Shown in pieces: positions 14,044-26,656 of a stretch of 64,000 bases of DNA (the stretch's first letter is position 1; every line of letters begins with the position of its first letter). The translations under genes were made by a program, and so were the position numbers. Origin of the DNA: Amoeboaphelidium protococcarum X5. Taxonomy: Eukaryota; Fungi; Aphelidiomycota. The stretch lies in contig JALDTO010000214.1 in NCBI GenBank assembly GCA_023515725.1, positions 165,743 through 229,742 of the forward strand, written 5' to 3'. The notes under the pieces are model-generated. The model was not told where the DNA came from and did no database searches. It saw nothing but the letters and a program-made list of their open reading frames with translations.

Positions 14044-15687
14044 TCAATTCCACTTGATATTATTAAGATCGGCCACATTCACGATCCATTCCATATTGTT
14101 GAATTCAATCCTCCATTGAGCCATCTTGTGATGTCCGTCATAGACTTCGCAGGTGTGCGCAGATGCTTTCGGTTTGAGACTCAGCTTAAATCTCAGCGGC
14201 AAGTGACGTTTGTCTTCACTCAACAGCTCTTGCTTTATGCCCCAAACCATCGAGTTATGGGTGGCAAGGGCGAATTGGGACAAGTTGGGGACAGTCTTGC
14301 ACCGGCACGGATTCCAAGATTGTTCGTAATACTCGGGCCAACGTTTAGGGAAATTGTCCACCATGTTGTGCATCATATCGACAGGCCAGCTCTAAGAATA
14401 ACGCCACAGTCCACGACTCTACACTGGGTCGGTATTCTCAATGACACTCCAGTCGGTGATTTCACGACTCTCACTGTACGAAGCAGTGAACGACTTGGTG
14501 TAATTAAAGTTCAGTCCACCTTCCACTTGCTCACCTTTAAACCCCAGATTCATACTCATCTGGAAACTATCGGTGGAAGACCAGCTGCGGCCAACTTCAT
14601 GCTTGGTGTTCTGTGTCGGAGGAGAACTTTTCAACCAGAATACATTATCCGGATCTTGAACACCATCTTCACGTTCTGCATGTACTCCAATCTCAACATT
14701 GGACATGTAAATACCGACTCCATCAGGATGAACCATCTAAGTATTTGGATTATGAAGACCATCAACCAGCACAAATGCATAGTACAGCTACTGGAATGGC
14801 GGTGCCTGCATATACAGATACCAGTAGGTGTTGAGTCGATGGGTTATCACTTGATCATCCTTGAAAGGAAACGGATCACTCCACGAGACAACCCAACTCT
14901 TATAAGTGGTCTCAATCAGCTATCGCCAAACAGCACCCTCATCCACAGGAACCATAGAACCAGTGTTTTAAACTTGGTCCATACCATCTTGGATCTTGAA
15001 TTACGCATCAGTGGATTTCTATCCTTGGACGTAATTCCAACAGGTGACTTGATCAAAATCTCCGGCACAATAATGTAAATAGTCATGCACATCTTGAGCA
15101 ATTTGCGAAAGCAACTTAGAGCTATCGTTGTTATTACTACCACCAAAAGAAGCAGTGAACACTTTAGCATCAGTTACAGCCTAGTCATTTGATGATCGCG
15201 AGTAATCAAGTCCAGAGTAAGCAGAGTGAACAATATTCCCATCCTTACCAGCAGGCAAATCAAAGACACGATAATGCACAGCATCATGGACATCCTGGAA
15301 AGTATCAATCAATAGTAGAGCACTGCCATCACTCGTGTCCTTCATGAAGGGGAACTTGGCTTCAGTCAATAACTACTTTCTCTATTCACTACTGACATCC
15401 ACAAGCATTACAGGAATTCCAAATTACAGAATTTACATTACAGATTAAAACTCTAAATCTAACTAGAAGCCAAGAGCCACATATGCAGCCACTGTATTAT
15501 TAGTAGATTCTTTATGAATGAACTACAACTAATGATCACCACTCTATTAAAGCGCCTTGACAATCTAGAACGAATCAGTGTTCTCAACTGCAATATGAGA
15601 GTCGCCAGACAACCACTGCAAAGTGACTGAAGCATGGGCAATACCAACAGCGCAAAATCCTGCCAAAATTGTAGATATAGTAACCAT
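14044..15687 (-). CDS. Secreted 547-aa protein, putative beta-pore-forming toxin (leukocidin/alpha-hemolysin/Vibrio cytolysin-like)
   Basis: Signal peptide MVTISTILAGFCAVGIAHA and a single open frame. Amphipathic hairpin SPPTQNTKHEVGRSWSSTDSFQMSMNLGFKGEQVEGGLNFNYTKSFTASYSESREITDWSV and downstream VPNLSQFAL. The ORF is solid; the function is inferred. Confidence 0.6.
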
Positions 15688-16048
15688 ACTTCTTACAATA
15701 TTTAACCACCTGATTGTAAGAAAGCACGACTACAAGTGACAATGATAAAGGACACACAAAACTAAATGAAGACAGAAAGAGAAAAACGCCCAAAACGATG
15801 ATAAAACGCGCAAAACCAAAATCAGGCGCCGAATGACGCCGCGAAATGCCCAGCTAATGTGGCGCTGAAACAAGTCCATTTTTATTGTTTCAGATCGAAA
15901 GAATGAATGGCTGGCTGTGTGATGGGCGATGCTCTGATAATTGTCTGCGCTACGTTCTCTTTCATACTCTGCACTGATGGTGATTTCGTTTCTCTTATAT
16001 GAATATCTCATTCATTGATTGTCAGACTCTCATATCTCGTCACATATA

Positions 16049-17552
16049 ATGTCTTAATTGTCTACTGCAAATTATAGTCAACAGTTAACGTAACAAACTC
16101 AGTTAGTTGGTACGTAGTAGACACAACATAGTCCGCGTGATACTCAGGATCTGAACTGTGCATGGGCAAAACTTGTTGGTCATCAAACTCATTGTAAGTA
16201 CTCTATTGATATATCATCCATTGAGTTTAACAAGAGCCATTTCACTAGTATTTGTAGTGCTGTTTGAGAATTGTGTTCCTATTGGGAGACACAGGACGTG
16301 CTAGATAAGAATTAATGACTTGCACGTTTCTAACCATCATTGCAGTGTGCAACGCGGCGCTGATGGAATTGTTTCACTCACTGACCTTTCGACAAATGGC
16401 ACGTTCCTTAATGGCATACAGGTCGGTAAAGGCAATCAGGTGCCACTGCAACACAATGATCACATCGAGTTACTGAAGGGACGGATTTTCTTCATCTTTC
16501 TTGACTTGGAGGATTCAAAGATGATGTCTGATAGCGTCAACGATCTTGCCCCGTGTCAGGAAAAGTATTATGTCTTGAACAAGGTTCTGGGAGAGGGTAA
16601 CTTTGCAACTGTGCAATTGGCTATACAGAAAGGTAGTATGGAGCGTGCAGCATGTAAGATTATTTAAAAGTCAAAGTTGGATCTGCATATCAACAAGAAA
16701 TAGTTTCAGCATCTCAGAAATGAAGTTCAAGTCTTGCAATCGATCAATCATCCTAATTTAGTGCAGTTGCTGGATGTTTATGAGACTGACAAGTCTATCT
16801 ACCTAATGCTGGAGTACGTTGGTGATGGCGGAGAGCTGTTTATGCGTCTGCAAAGCCGTATTGAACTGTATGAGCAGGTGCCAGACGATTTGAAACCTCG
16901 TACTTTTCCAGGATTGGATCCACTCGAAGTATAATTTGTGTTCTACTAATTGCTGCTTGGTACCTAGTATTTGCATGAACATGATATTAGTCATAGAGAC
17001 TTGAAGTTGGAGAATATACTACTGGAGACCAATGACAGATTTACTCGCGTCTGTATCACTGATTTTGGACTGAGTAAGATTCAAAGTAATAAGACTCGTC
17101 TGCAGACAATGTGCGGAACTCTGATATACGTAGCTCCTGAAGTCTTAATGAACACCAAGGAAGATTCAGGATATTCTAATAAATGCGACTGCTGGTCTTT
17201 AGGAGTCATTCTTTACATGCTAGCTTCAGCTTCAATGCCGTTTATTGATGGAGGAGATGACCAGCAGTTGAAGTATCTGATCACACGCGGAATCTACGAA
17301 TTTGATGATCCTGTTTGGGATCTATTTGATCCATCAATCACTGATTTGATAAGCAAGTTGCTGATTGTTGATGTTGGTATGAGATACTCTATCAGTCAAG
17401 CCTTGAATCACCCGTGTGTACAATCAGACATATTCAAGCTGTCGAGATTGTATGAAAGTGTGACGCTCAAGTCTCAAAGCGAGACAATCACCGACGATGA
17501 ACTGTACGCAAAGACTGAGATTGACTCCTCTCGTAATATCATCTACTACTGA
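16049..17552 (+). CDS. Chk2/Cds1/Mek1-family checkpoint kinase (SQ/TQ cluster, FHA, kinase; 1 intron)
   Basis: N-terminal SQ/TQ cluster, intron 16194-16248, FHA IGRH..VSNHHC..STNGTFLNG, kinase HRDLKLEN, DFG, CGTLIYVAPE. Confidence 0.9.
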
Positions 17553-17924
17553 CTTACACATTAAATCTATACTTGAAATATTTAATATCAAGGACGCAAT
17601 TAACCGTTGATTATCTAATAAAATACGTTGATATGTGAAAGCAAGTAAGAATCTTCGTAGCCACAGTACAACTTTCCAATCAACATTCAGTCTATGCTCA
17701 ATAATCTTATCACTATAGACTTGAATGACATTGAAGGCGTTGCTTCAAGCTACTGAACGCTTTTAGATACGAACTAATACGAATCGCAAATGTGTCTGTA
17801 GAATAGGAACAGGCATGACAAGCTGGACGCGCAATTAGAGTAGAAATGATTAAAATCTAATTTTTATAAAGACGACGCTTCGTAATCAATCAATATGTCA
17901 TCAACAAACGGGAAACTTCATCCA

Positions 17925-18530
17925 TCAATTGATTCGCGTTGCGTTCAGCGTGTAATTTGAGCAAGGATGCTTGCCATTGTTCTTTACGCAGACTCCACTT
18001 TGGGAATCCAATTTAAATTTCCATTTATGCTTAGGACACACCAACACAGTCTGATCCTCAATGTCCAGCCATCCAGTGCTGAGATCGGCTTACTTGTGTG
18101 GACATAGTCTATCACATTCAAACTTTCCACTGGCAGTGTTAATAATCAATCGCTATGAATTACTCGGCGACACTTGAATCCCAGTGGTTGACAATTATAC
18201 ATCCCTACTACTGGACTACGACTATAACTATGATTATTACAATTATATCACAGAAGAGGGCAGTATATTTTACGGTGCCAAAGATGTATCATTATTCTGT
18301 ACAACAGGAGAATTCTTCTGATGTTGAGATTAAATATCAGACGGCTGATTCGACTAATCTCTGCTAGCCATGTATTGATTAAAGATGGAAAACTATCCAA
18401 ATTTCATAGACTTTTTCTTATTTGAATGCCCACCACCACCACTTGCTGATGAGCTACCACTGGACGACATTGAACTCCCCGATGACGATCTTTACCGTGA
18501 AAACATGTTGAATAAGCCTTTTCTGATCAT
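17925..18530 (-). CDS. Rieske [2Fe-2S] domain protein with low-complexity N-terminus (RFESD-like)
   Basis: DRLCPHKQADLSTGWLDIEDQTVLVCPKHKWKFKL carries the CxH...CxxH ligands. Alternative start at 18506. Absent from the ORF track. Confidence 0.82.
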
Positions 18531-18974
18531 TCAAAAAGAGGCATTTCGTTGGAAAGAAGAAATCACCTGAGAGCAAAAAGTTTATGGAAACTGCGTGAGA
18601 CTCTCAAAGCCAGGAACCAAAGAAACGAATTAACCAACTATTCATTCAAACATCCAGAATAATTATTGTTATTAATGCGTAATAATATAGACGATAAATG
18701 GCTTGAATGAATTGTAACGTTATTTAATGACATGAATTATCAAGGGCTATTCATTCAAGGCAGAATTGGTGCTTGAGGTTATCGATGAAGCATCGCAGTT
18801 GAAACGACAATCTCTGCAGATCGAGTGAGTTAGTTGTGCTGCCCACAATTCAAACGGAGCGAATATAAAGGAAGACTAGCTGTCTGGCTGGCTATATTAA
18901 ATGCTGAAGATTAGACGCGTCTTTGTGTAGAATTTTACAACACATTTCCGGCAATAATCTATCTACCGCATTGT

Positions 18975-19625
18975 TCATGTGGGAGACCGTCCCTAAACCC
19001 AACTAAACTCGGAACAAGATTGAAATTATGACTATGAATTTTAAATGTCTAATTATTAAATATACTTCATGCTGTGAGATGAGGTTTTTTGTTCTAGTTA
19101 GAGACGTATGAGTTCGTAGAGAGGCAATATTTTACGGAGAGGAGGCCGAATGTTGGGGAACAGTATAACTATACTTGAATCATACAACACCAATGCGATG
19201 TAAAATTTGACTTGAAATCCAACTAGTCCTTCACAAATTAACACATCTTTAATATCCACCATGCTAATAAATCTATTTCGATCAGTAAAAGCATTGTGAC
19301 TTATTAATTGAATACCGATTCCATCTATACATACCACAGTCTCTTCTGTAACAGAGTGGAGCCAATAGAAGAGATGCACCAATGATGCAATTAAACAAAT
19401 AGAGTAGTGCATGAAATAGAATTATAGCAATAGCCGCAATTTATATGAAAAGCTATTGAATACTCCAAGTTCAACTGGTCCAACAACTAAGTCACTGTTT
19501 AAAGTTTAGAGAGATACCAGAGCAGTACAAGCACAAATCGCCATGGCAGTGAGGAGGAGAATCGATACTCTAAGTATCCGAGATAGTTTATTATCTTAGG
19601 CCTTGCTAAATGTGAAATTTGTCAT
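18975..19625 (-). CDS. GPI15: GPI-GlcNAc transferase subunit PIG-H/Gpi15
   Basis: Two TM segments, then VTEETVVCIDGIGIQL, IKDVLICEG, FQVKFYIAL, ILFPNIRP. First in-frame TGA at 18975. Confidence 0.82.
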
Positions 19626-20065
19626 TAAAAAAGATTTCTTTAAAAATTAAAATACACACTATACTCATAGTAATGGAAGAGGGGAGAATACACTTGTTCT
19701 TACTGTGTCTTCCCGGCGCCAATCGAAAACGCGAGATATTTCACACAACTGAAACCATGTCGGTAGAATCGAAGCGAAAAAGTCATCAGATTTGTGTTGC
19801 AGACTACTGTCGGCCACATAGGATGTGCACTGGAATTGTACGTCGAAAATCCCATATTTGAGACTGTGCTTTTTTTAAACTTTGGCTTGGCTTCAGGATA
19901 AATTAGCTTTGTGTTCAATTAAAATAATTCGCATCAGCTAATCAGCGATTGTGTTTAGATCATTGTGCGACCAGTCGTTGATTATGAATCGCTTCTGTAA
20001 CGGGATACTGTGTTACTTCTTCTTTGTGTAAATCACAATCTCTTATCAAAAGTTTTGCCTATACC

Positions 20066-20911
20066 ATGGTATCCTATGTTGATATCATCTTTCTGGTGTC
20101 ATCTTTCCTTGTCATTCATGTCGCGTCAGCTGTTTCAAGTGAATTTCAAGAAATGCTCAATCTCGTGAATGCTGAACGCGCATCTAAAGGGGCCCCGGCC
20201 GTTTGTTTGAACGCTAAACTGAACCAAGTGGCGTAGCGCTATGCATAGGTACTCGATGCTGCTGGAGCTATGGAGCACGAAGGTGTTGACGGGACCGATT
20301 TACCTACGCGTTTGTAGGCTGCAGGCTTTCCATACTCCTCTGCAGGAGAAGTCTTGGCGAAATGCTCCAAGCCTCAAGATGCTGTACGAGGTTGGATTAA
20401 TTCTCCTTCACATCACAGCGCAATGATCGATCCAAAGTATCAATTAGCTGGTATTGGACAAAGCGGCTTAAAGTGGGTCATGTACTATGCAGCGTCTGGT
20501 GAGGAGAAATGTTCTTCTGAATTGCCTGCAACATCTCCATCCCCAAGCGCAAAAGCTTATCACTCCACTGATTCCCCCGCCTCTGATGTCGATGCCCATA
20601 CATAAACTTAATCGTTGCCATTGTAAAGCATTTTATCTGCGCCGATTGCTGTTGGTTAGCCCTCGTCGTCTAATCCTCCGGCTACACCAACTTCATCGCC
20701 ATCTGGTTCTCCTTCTCCCGCCGATAGTGCCGCTTCGTAAGAAGAAATATTTCTCGATCTCTCTAGCTAAAGCAGTTTGGATACATTGAAATCCATTATC
20801 ATTGGTATATTTCCTGGTCTGGCAGAATCGTCCGAGTAGCTGGATCAGCTAAATCAAGCGTTGGAGCGCCACGGAATTGGCAAAGGCGGTGTCACCTACA
20901 TGGCTGGCTGA
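20066..20911 (+). CDS. Secreted CAP/SCP (PR-1-like) protein with Ser/Pro-rich tail
   Basis: Signal peptide; MLNLVNAERASKG, LNAKLNQVAQ, MEHEG, AVRGWINSPSHHSAM. Confidence 0.88.
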
Positions 20912-21098
20912 CCTCTAGAGCATGTAATAAATGTATCAACTAGTCTATAATGAATAATTTTCCCATACGTTAGAGATTCCTCGATTTGTTCTATTTAAAT
21001 TTATTGGGCCTCAAATGACCCTCTCATAAAAATTTTAACTACATCAAAACGTTTAAAGCCGCTTTAGAATCGTTGTTTTCTATTAAATCATGCCATCA

Positions 21099-24000
21099 TC
21101 AAGACTGTGACAGCTTCTAAACTTCACCAGCAATAGCTATAGCAGACGGTCTCATAGAAGAATCTTGAGCCCAAGCAAGTTGAACAACCTGAAATAGCAT
21201 ATGTGCACGGCTTTCCAGAAATTGAGCTTCAGGCCTTGCACCTTGCAGCACCAGCTCAGCAACTTACGCTGCATTGAAGCCTTCCCATGCCTTTGTGCGC
21301 GTCAATATCTCAAACATCACCACAGCACCAGCATAAACATCGCTTGAAGGAAGAAGATGCTCAGGCACTTATAATTATTACAAAACTTCTGGAGCAGCAT
21401 ACTTAATAGAGTGACCTTTCAACAAATTCCATTATAAGCCTTTGACAAAGTTTGCCTGAGACTGGATTGTGCAGATACCAAAGTCTGTCAAAACCGCACG
21501 CAAAACTCTATTACTGCCTTGCTATACCAAATAATTACCGGATTTGATGTCATTGTGGACGACAGAATTGAAATGCAGGATAGAAAGCGAAGTCATTACG
21601 TCCAAACATAAAATCTGCTGTTACTCCATTGAATAGTCGACCTGTTGAAAAGGCAAAGCTTGGCCCAGAATCAGCTGTTCCAAAGACCCCAGTTCATAAT
21701 TGATCATAAGCAATACATTGTGCAGAGTATCGAAACCAACCAGCTTTGCAATCTAGTCATCGTCTTTGAATCTCCACATCAGAGCAATCTCCTGATGAAC
21801 GCTATCCTTCTGCACTTTGCCAATGAAGCATTTAGCTGCAACCAATCTTGTACTACTTGTAGCAAACGGATGCAAAGTCGGAAAAGACAAAATCTCTGCA
21901 ACCTAAATCTCAGCTTATCCGCCCTTGTTGATAAAGAAAATTGGGTACCATTCTAAAATTTATAACACGCTTCAACTCCAAGTATGCTGGCACAGCAACT
22001 TCCATCGAAGAATTCATAAACGTTGTACCACCCATCGCTGTACCTCCTATTTAAATCGCCGAACCAATTGCCGCATTTAATGTTTGATCAGTCATACCTC
22101 CAGTATTCCTTAATAACAGCATCTTGGAAGACCTCATGCGAGCCTTGATGTATCTGCGCCTGATGCAATACATAGACAGCAGAACCAACACTAAAATCAA
22201 AAAGCAGACAATCGCATTAACAATGATGTACACGGTCATCGTAGAGGACTAGGTACCAGGCTACATTTAACCTGCTTAGCCATCACTTATGGTCATACTG
22301 CCTCCAGATCTAGAGCTATGTTCAGCAGACTTCAACGTAAACATCACTTGAGTAGTATAATTTACCAAACTAGCGGTACTTACAAAACCAAATTCTGATG
22401 ACGTTGGCAAAGTATTAACTTTACTCTCATCTTGAGACGAAATAGAGGTTATGTGGCTTATTATACTACTTTCAAATAATCCTGTACTCATGACTGTTGT
22501 AGTACTAGTGGGTGTTGTGGTAGTCGTCGTCGTAGTGGTGGTTGTAGTCGTGGGAGTTGTAGTTGTAGTAGCAGTAGTTGTTGTGGCAGTAGTAACAGGG
22601 TCAAAGTCCAAATAATTTGCAACACGTAACCACTACCAGACGTTGGTAAATTTACAGCGTTAATGTTGGAACTATCAAACAGCTAGGATGCACTACCGAA
22701 AGTACCAGCCAGAATCATACTATTGTCTTTTCCTCTCAGAATATCACGGACAGTGATTCCACTCGTACCACGGAAACTATACAGAAATTTACCAGATGGA
22801 CTGAACTTCAGCACAGTTGATGGAGATGATGAAATGCTTTAACTATTCCCCAATCCATCTACTACAGAAACAGAAGACGATGAAAGCTATGCAGCCACAA
22901 AGACATTTGAGACAGCGTCCACAGCACAATCAACAGCCTAATCATTACTAGCACCATCCATTGTTGCAACATAAAGTAGAGCACTACCAGGGCTGTAAGT
23001 CGCAACAAAGCCACTAAGAAGAACTTGACTGGGATTTACACTGCGACCTGATTATCCATTGACGCCATAGAATCCAAGAGGATATGCTGTTATATAATAC
23101 GAACCAACTAGGACGATATTACCATTCGGTGACACGCTTAGAGCGGAAGGTACTGGTTGAGAATCATCGATACGCACCATCCATTAAAAAACACCACCAC
23201 CACTAAACTTCGCCAAAAATAGAGCCGATTTTAAAATCATATTGTTTTATAGAGTTTTTGGCAGAATCACGAACGCCAAGTTAGCCAATGGGAGTATTAT
23301 AGCCATTTTACATAGTGTCTCCAAAAGTAAATGATCCAGCCACATACACATCACCAGTTGATTACGACACGGCAATAGCAGAGTTACATGTTACCACAGC
23401 AGCATACCCAATATTGACTCTCCACAGCTCAGCACCACTTGGATTTATCTTGCGCACGTTGCAGACGGTAGTTGTTGGACTGAAGCTAAATCCTCCATAT
23501 AAATACGATAGAGCCTGGTTAGCTTGAGACATTTGAAAAATATTGTTATCAGAATCAACTGCAAGTCCGTATACCGCGGGAAATTCATTAGGTAGGAACC
23601 CAGCCCATTAAAACCCGCCTTACGATGACAATTTAGCGTGCCATTATGCTGTAGTGCTTGCATAGAGAATGTAATTCACTGCTGTATTTATATTGATATA
23701 AATATCATCAATGCCCGAGACCAATCCGCCAGAGATAATAAGATCACCTTGATTGTCTGTTGTCTGTAACCAGCGAAAGACCATTAGCTTCGGCTTGGGT
23801 GTATATGGATGAAGTCCACAGAATATTGCCAGTCTAGCCATTTATTTTCACAAAGGAAAGCGCATTCTTATTACAGTAATTATTATACGGCTCTTAGACG
23901 GCTCCACCAAAAGTTGTAGTGAACTAAGATTAGATGTTAAAGTAAATGAACGATACAATAAAGTCGCCATTGGGGTCGGTAACAGTGCCTAAGTATCTTA

Positions 24001-24103
24001 CTAATCTATTCTATAGCGTGCCAACCCAGGAGACATTCGCATAATCGCTGGCCACTGTTGTCCCAAAGCAGTAGATGATCAGATTCAATGGCAGGAGCAT
24101 CAT
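21099..24103 (-). pseudogene. Disrupted copy of the beta-propeller/poly-Thr receptor kinase family
   Basis: Colinear with 45331-48537 and 48883-52206 but has four frameshifts: +7 duplication (TGTCTGT twice, 23754-23767), about -11 near 23240-23260, -1 near 22621 and +1 near 21938. In-frame TGAs follow the first and last. Confidence 0.85.
22493..22596 (-). repeat. Poly-Thr (ACN)n stalk, short
   Basis: GTA/GTT/GTC triplet run on the + strand. Confidence 0.9.
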
Positions 24104-24811
24104 ATTGTTTAAATACAAACAGAAGTAAATGCAGTCACTATTAAATGATCTACTTTAAACTGAAAGAGATCGACAGCAAGAAATGGAATAGATGATGATG
24201 GTGCTGAAATCAACTAATGCATCGCCGTTTGGTCTATTAATAGCATTACCGAATCGGATTGGCAAGCGGAGTTAAGGTGAAAATTGGGCATACCTTTGGC
24301 AATATCATTTCATGAAGGTGGAAATTTTAAATTTTATCAGAATATTAAAAATTTTTAAAGTGTGACAGATGTGCCAAGTTAAAAGGTTTATCATACGATA
24401 CTGCTGGAATTGGAGTTACTATGCTTTACGCAATAGTCGGTTAACAATGCATGAGGACAAATATTTGAATACTAAATGTTATGTCCCATTACAAGTACCT
24501 GAAAGGCACTAAGCTCTTTTTTTAAAAGAGTAATAAATAATTATTAATACTAAAGCAAAAACTAAACCAGTAAATCAAATAGTTATACTAGTAATTACTT
24601 AAGGCATTGAATATATATAAAGACTAGAACTTTGAACATACAGTATATATAGGAGTCAGAGTGTCAGAAGCGCTTTTTGACATATCTACACAGTCAAAAA
24701 GGATTCAAAGCTCATCGCAAATCTGCCGTAATCCGCAATTACAATCATCAACTCAAATCATAGTATCTCCATATTAGCTAGCTATAACAACAGATTGCAA
24801 TAAGAGAATTA

Positions 24812-25423
24812 TCAAACATTCTCCAGAATCCGCATAAACAATCGTCTCAATTCCGTATCCGGTTTATCCATACCAACTAATAATAAAAATGCCTTCTCAG
24901 CAATTTCAAAAGACGGATACTTTTCATTAACGACAATATCTCTGTCGTGGCAATTATCCACACAAGCATGCAGCATAGCTCTCCACTAAGAGACACTAAA
25001 GCCGATCTTACTTTACAGTTGACCAGGATCCGCAATATCTGTTGCAGTACTCAATGAGAAAATATCAGGAGGAGCAGAGTACGCGTACATCTTTTCCTTA
25101 AAGAATACAGCAATCATAGTCATCAATACCGACTTGTAGGAGAAATTCGCCAGAACACCAAGTCTGCCTTTCAACTCAGACAGCTGTTTGAAATGCTGTT
25201 CATTTATTCGATTCTACTCATCGGTAATACGCTACTGATCCTTTATCGAGTAATTAATATCCTCCAGATCTTTATTAAAACTTTTCAATATCTCATAAAA
25301 GCCAAACTAATTAGTCTTCTTACTAGCATCATCAGTATATGATCGATCAGAGTCAACAGACGATTCGAGCTTACTAATGTCGTTAGCTTGTCATGACGTT
25401 TACACATGTGCCATCTTCTTCAT
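24812..25423 (-). CDS. Hypothetical coiled-coil protein, 5' end uncertain
   Basis: About 190 TGA-free codons (24812-25390) with protein-like composition. An in-frame TGA at 25391-25393 separates them from ATG25423. Confidence 0.5.
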
Positions 25424-26656
25424 TTAGCTTATCATTCATTTCAAGCCTTCCGTCGGGCTCATATATATGCCTACAATATTAAATTTCTAGCTCAGTGGAC
25501 TTGTCCCGTATTTAAATTCCGACTCATTAGAATATTTATATAGAAAAATTTAGAATTTTAAGCAATCCGTTTGTGTCAGGAAGAAAAGGTAGCAAGCCCA
25601 GACTCAACACAAAAAACTAATTGATGGGCACTTTCAAACGATCAGCGGCTTTAGAGCATCCCCACCGGTAACCGATTATTTAATACTCTTTCAGACATTT
25701 GGCTTTCCCGTTTAACGCATTAATTGTTTATAATTTAATCTATTCCGTCTGAAAAACTTCGAAATATAACATATGATGTATGTCGAATATAAAGGAGATA
25801 AAGTAAGTGACAACTGATGTATATTGATGTTATTAAATCACTTTTTAGAAAGGATGATCTTTGAACGACATACGAAGAAATAGATTAACCTTAATTAAGC
25901 CCCTTAAACTATCAGATTATGTTCACCACATAACACTTAAAGCTTTTAAGTTGAATATATTCGCAGTTGGCAAGGTTGTCAAGATTGACGCGTGAAATCA
26001 CTGATAGGCTTGCTGAATTATTACTGGATGGATCTTCACTAGTTCTGAATATGGTATAAGGACAAATTCCTGCTAACAACCTCGTTGCCTTTTCTAGACT
26101 AGTAAGTATTGGGATAGTCGTCACCAAAGTGTCTCATCGGTCAGTTCAGTAGTGTCTCACCATTATATAACTAATGAAGATTCACTCAACTATTATCACA
26201 CTTCGTAGTTATGTAATATCACTGAGAAGCCACGTCTCAATAAAATATAACGTAATTTGAATCTTTAATCGCTGTATTGTTAGACTCTTTTTGAGATCTT
26301 GAGATAACTACAAAGAGGACTAGTTATCTAAAAGTAAGAGTGCTTGGTGTAAATACTGTACCAAAGTAAAGAGCTTCACCGTCGTTTAATACCACGCGTA
26401 ATTCAATCTACTCAATACTTTTATCACTAAATTGCCTATTATATACGCGATATAGTACTCATTTATACATGTTAAGACATTAAAGTAAAATTACTATGTC
26501 AGCTCATAAAAATTATATCACTAGATAAGTAGACGTTGTTTTATCAAAAGGCTCTTTGATGGCAAGTTGTTTGAAGTTCTTTTCACTTAAATCGCCATTG
26601 TTTTCTTCTCTCTTTCATGTACTGTACTGAATATTATACGGTATTGTAGGAACATC

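Noticed and set aside
14116-15078. 320-aa + strand ORF, the longest in the track
   Set aside because: Antisense shadow of the 547-aa minus-strand secreted gene; no motifs and atypical composition.
18991-19008. CCCTAAACCC telomere-template-like word
   Set aside because: Single short occurrence with no supporting structure; expected by chance.
25488-25560. TAGCTCAGTGG tRNA A-box-like motif
   Set aside because: No B-box/T-arm or cloverleaf follows; no tRNA could be supported in the window.
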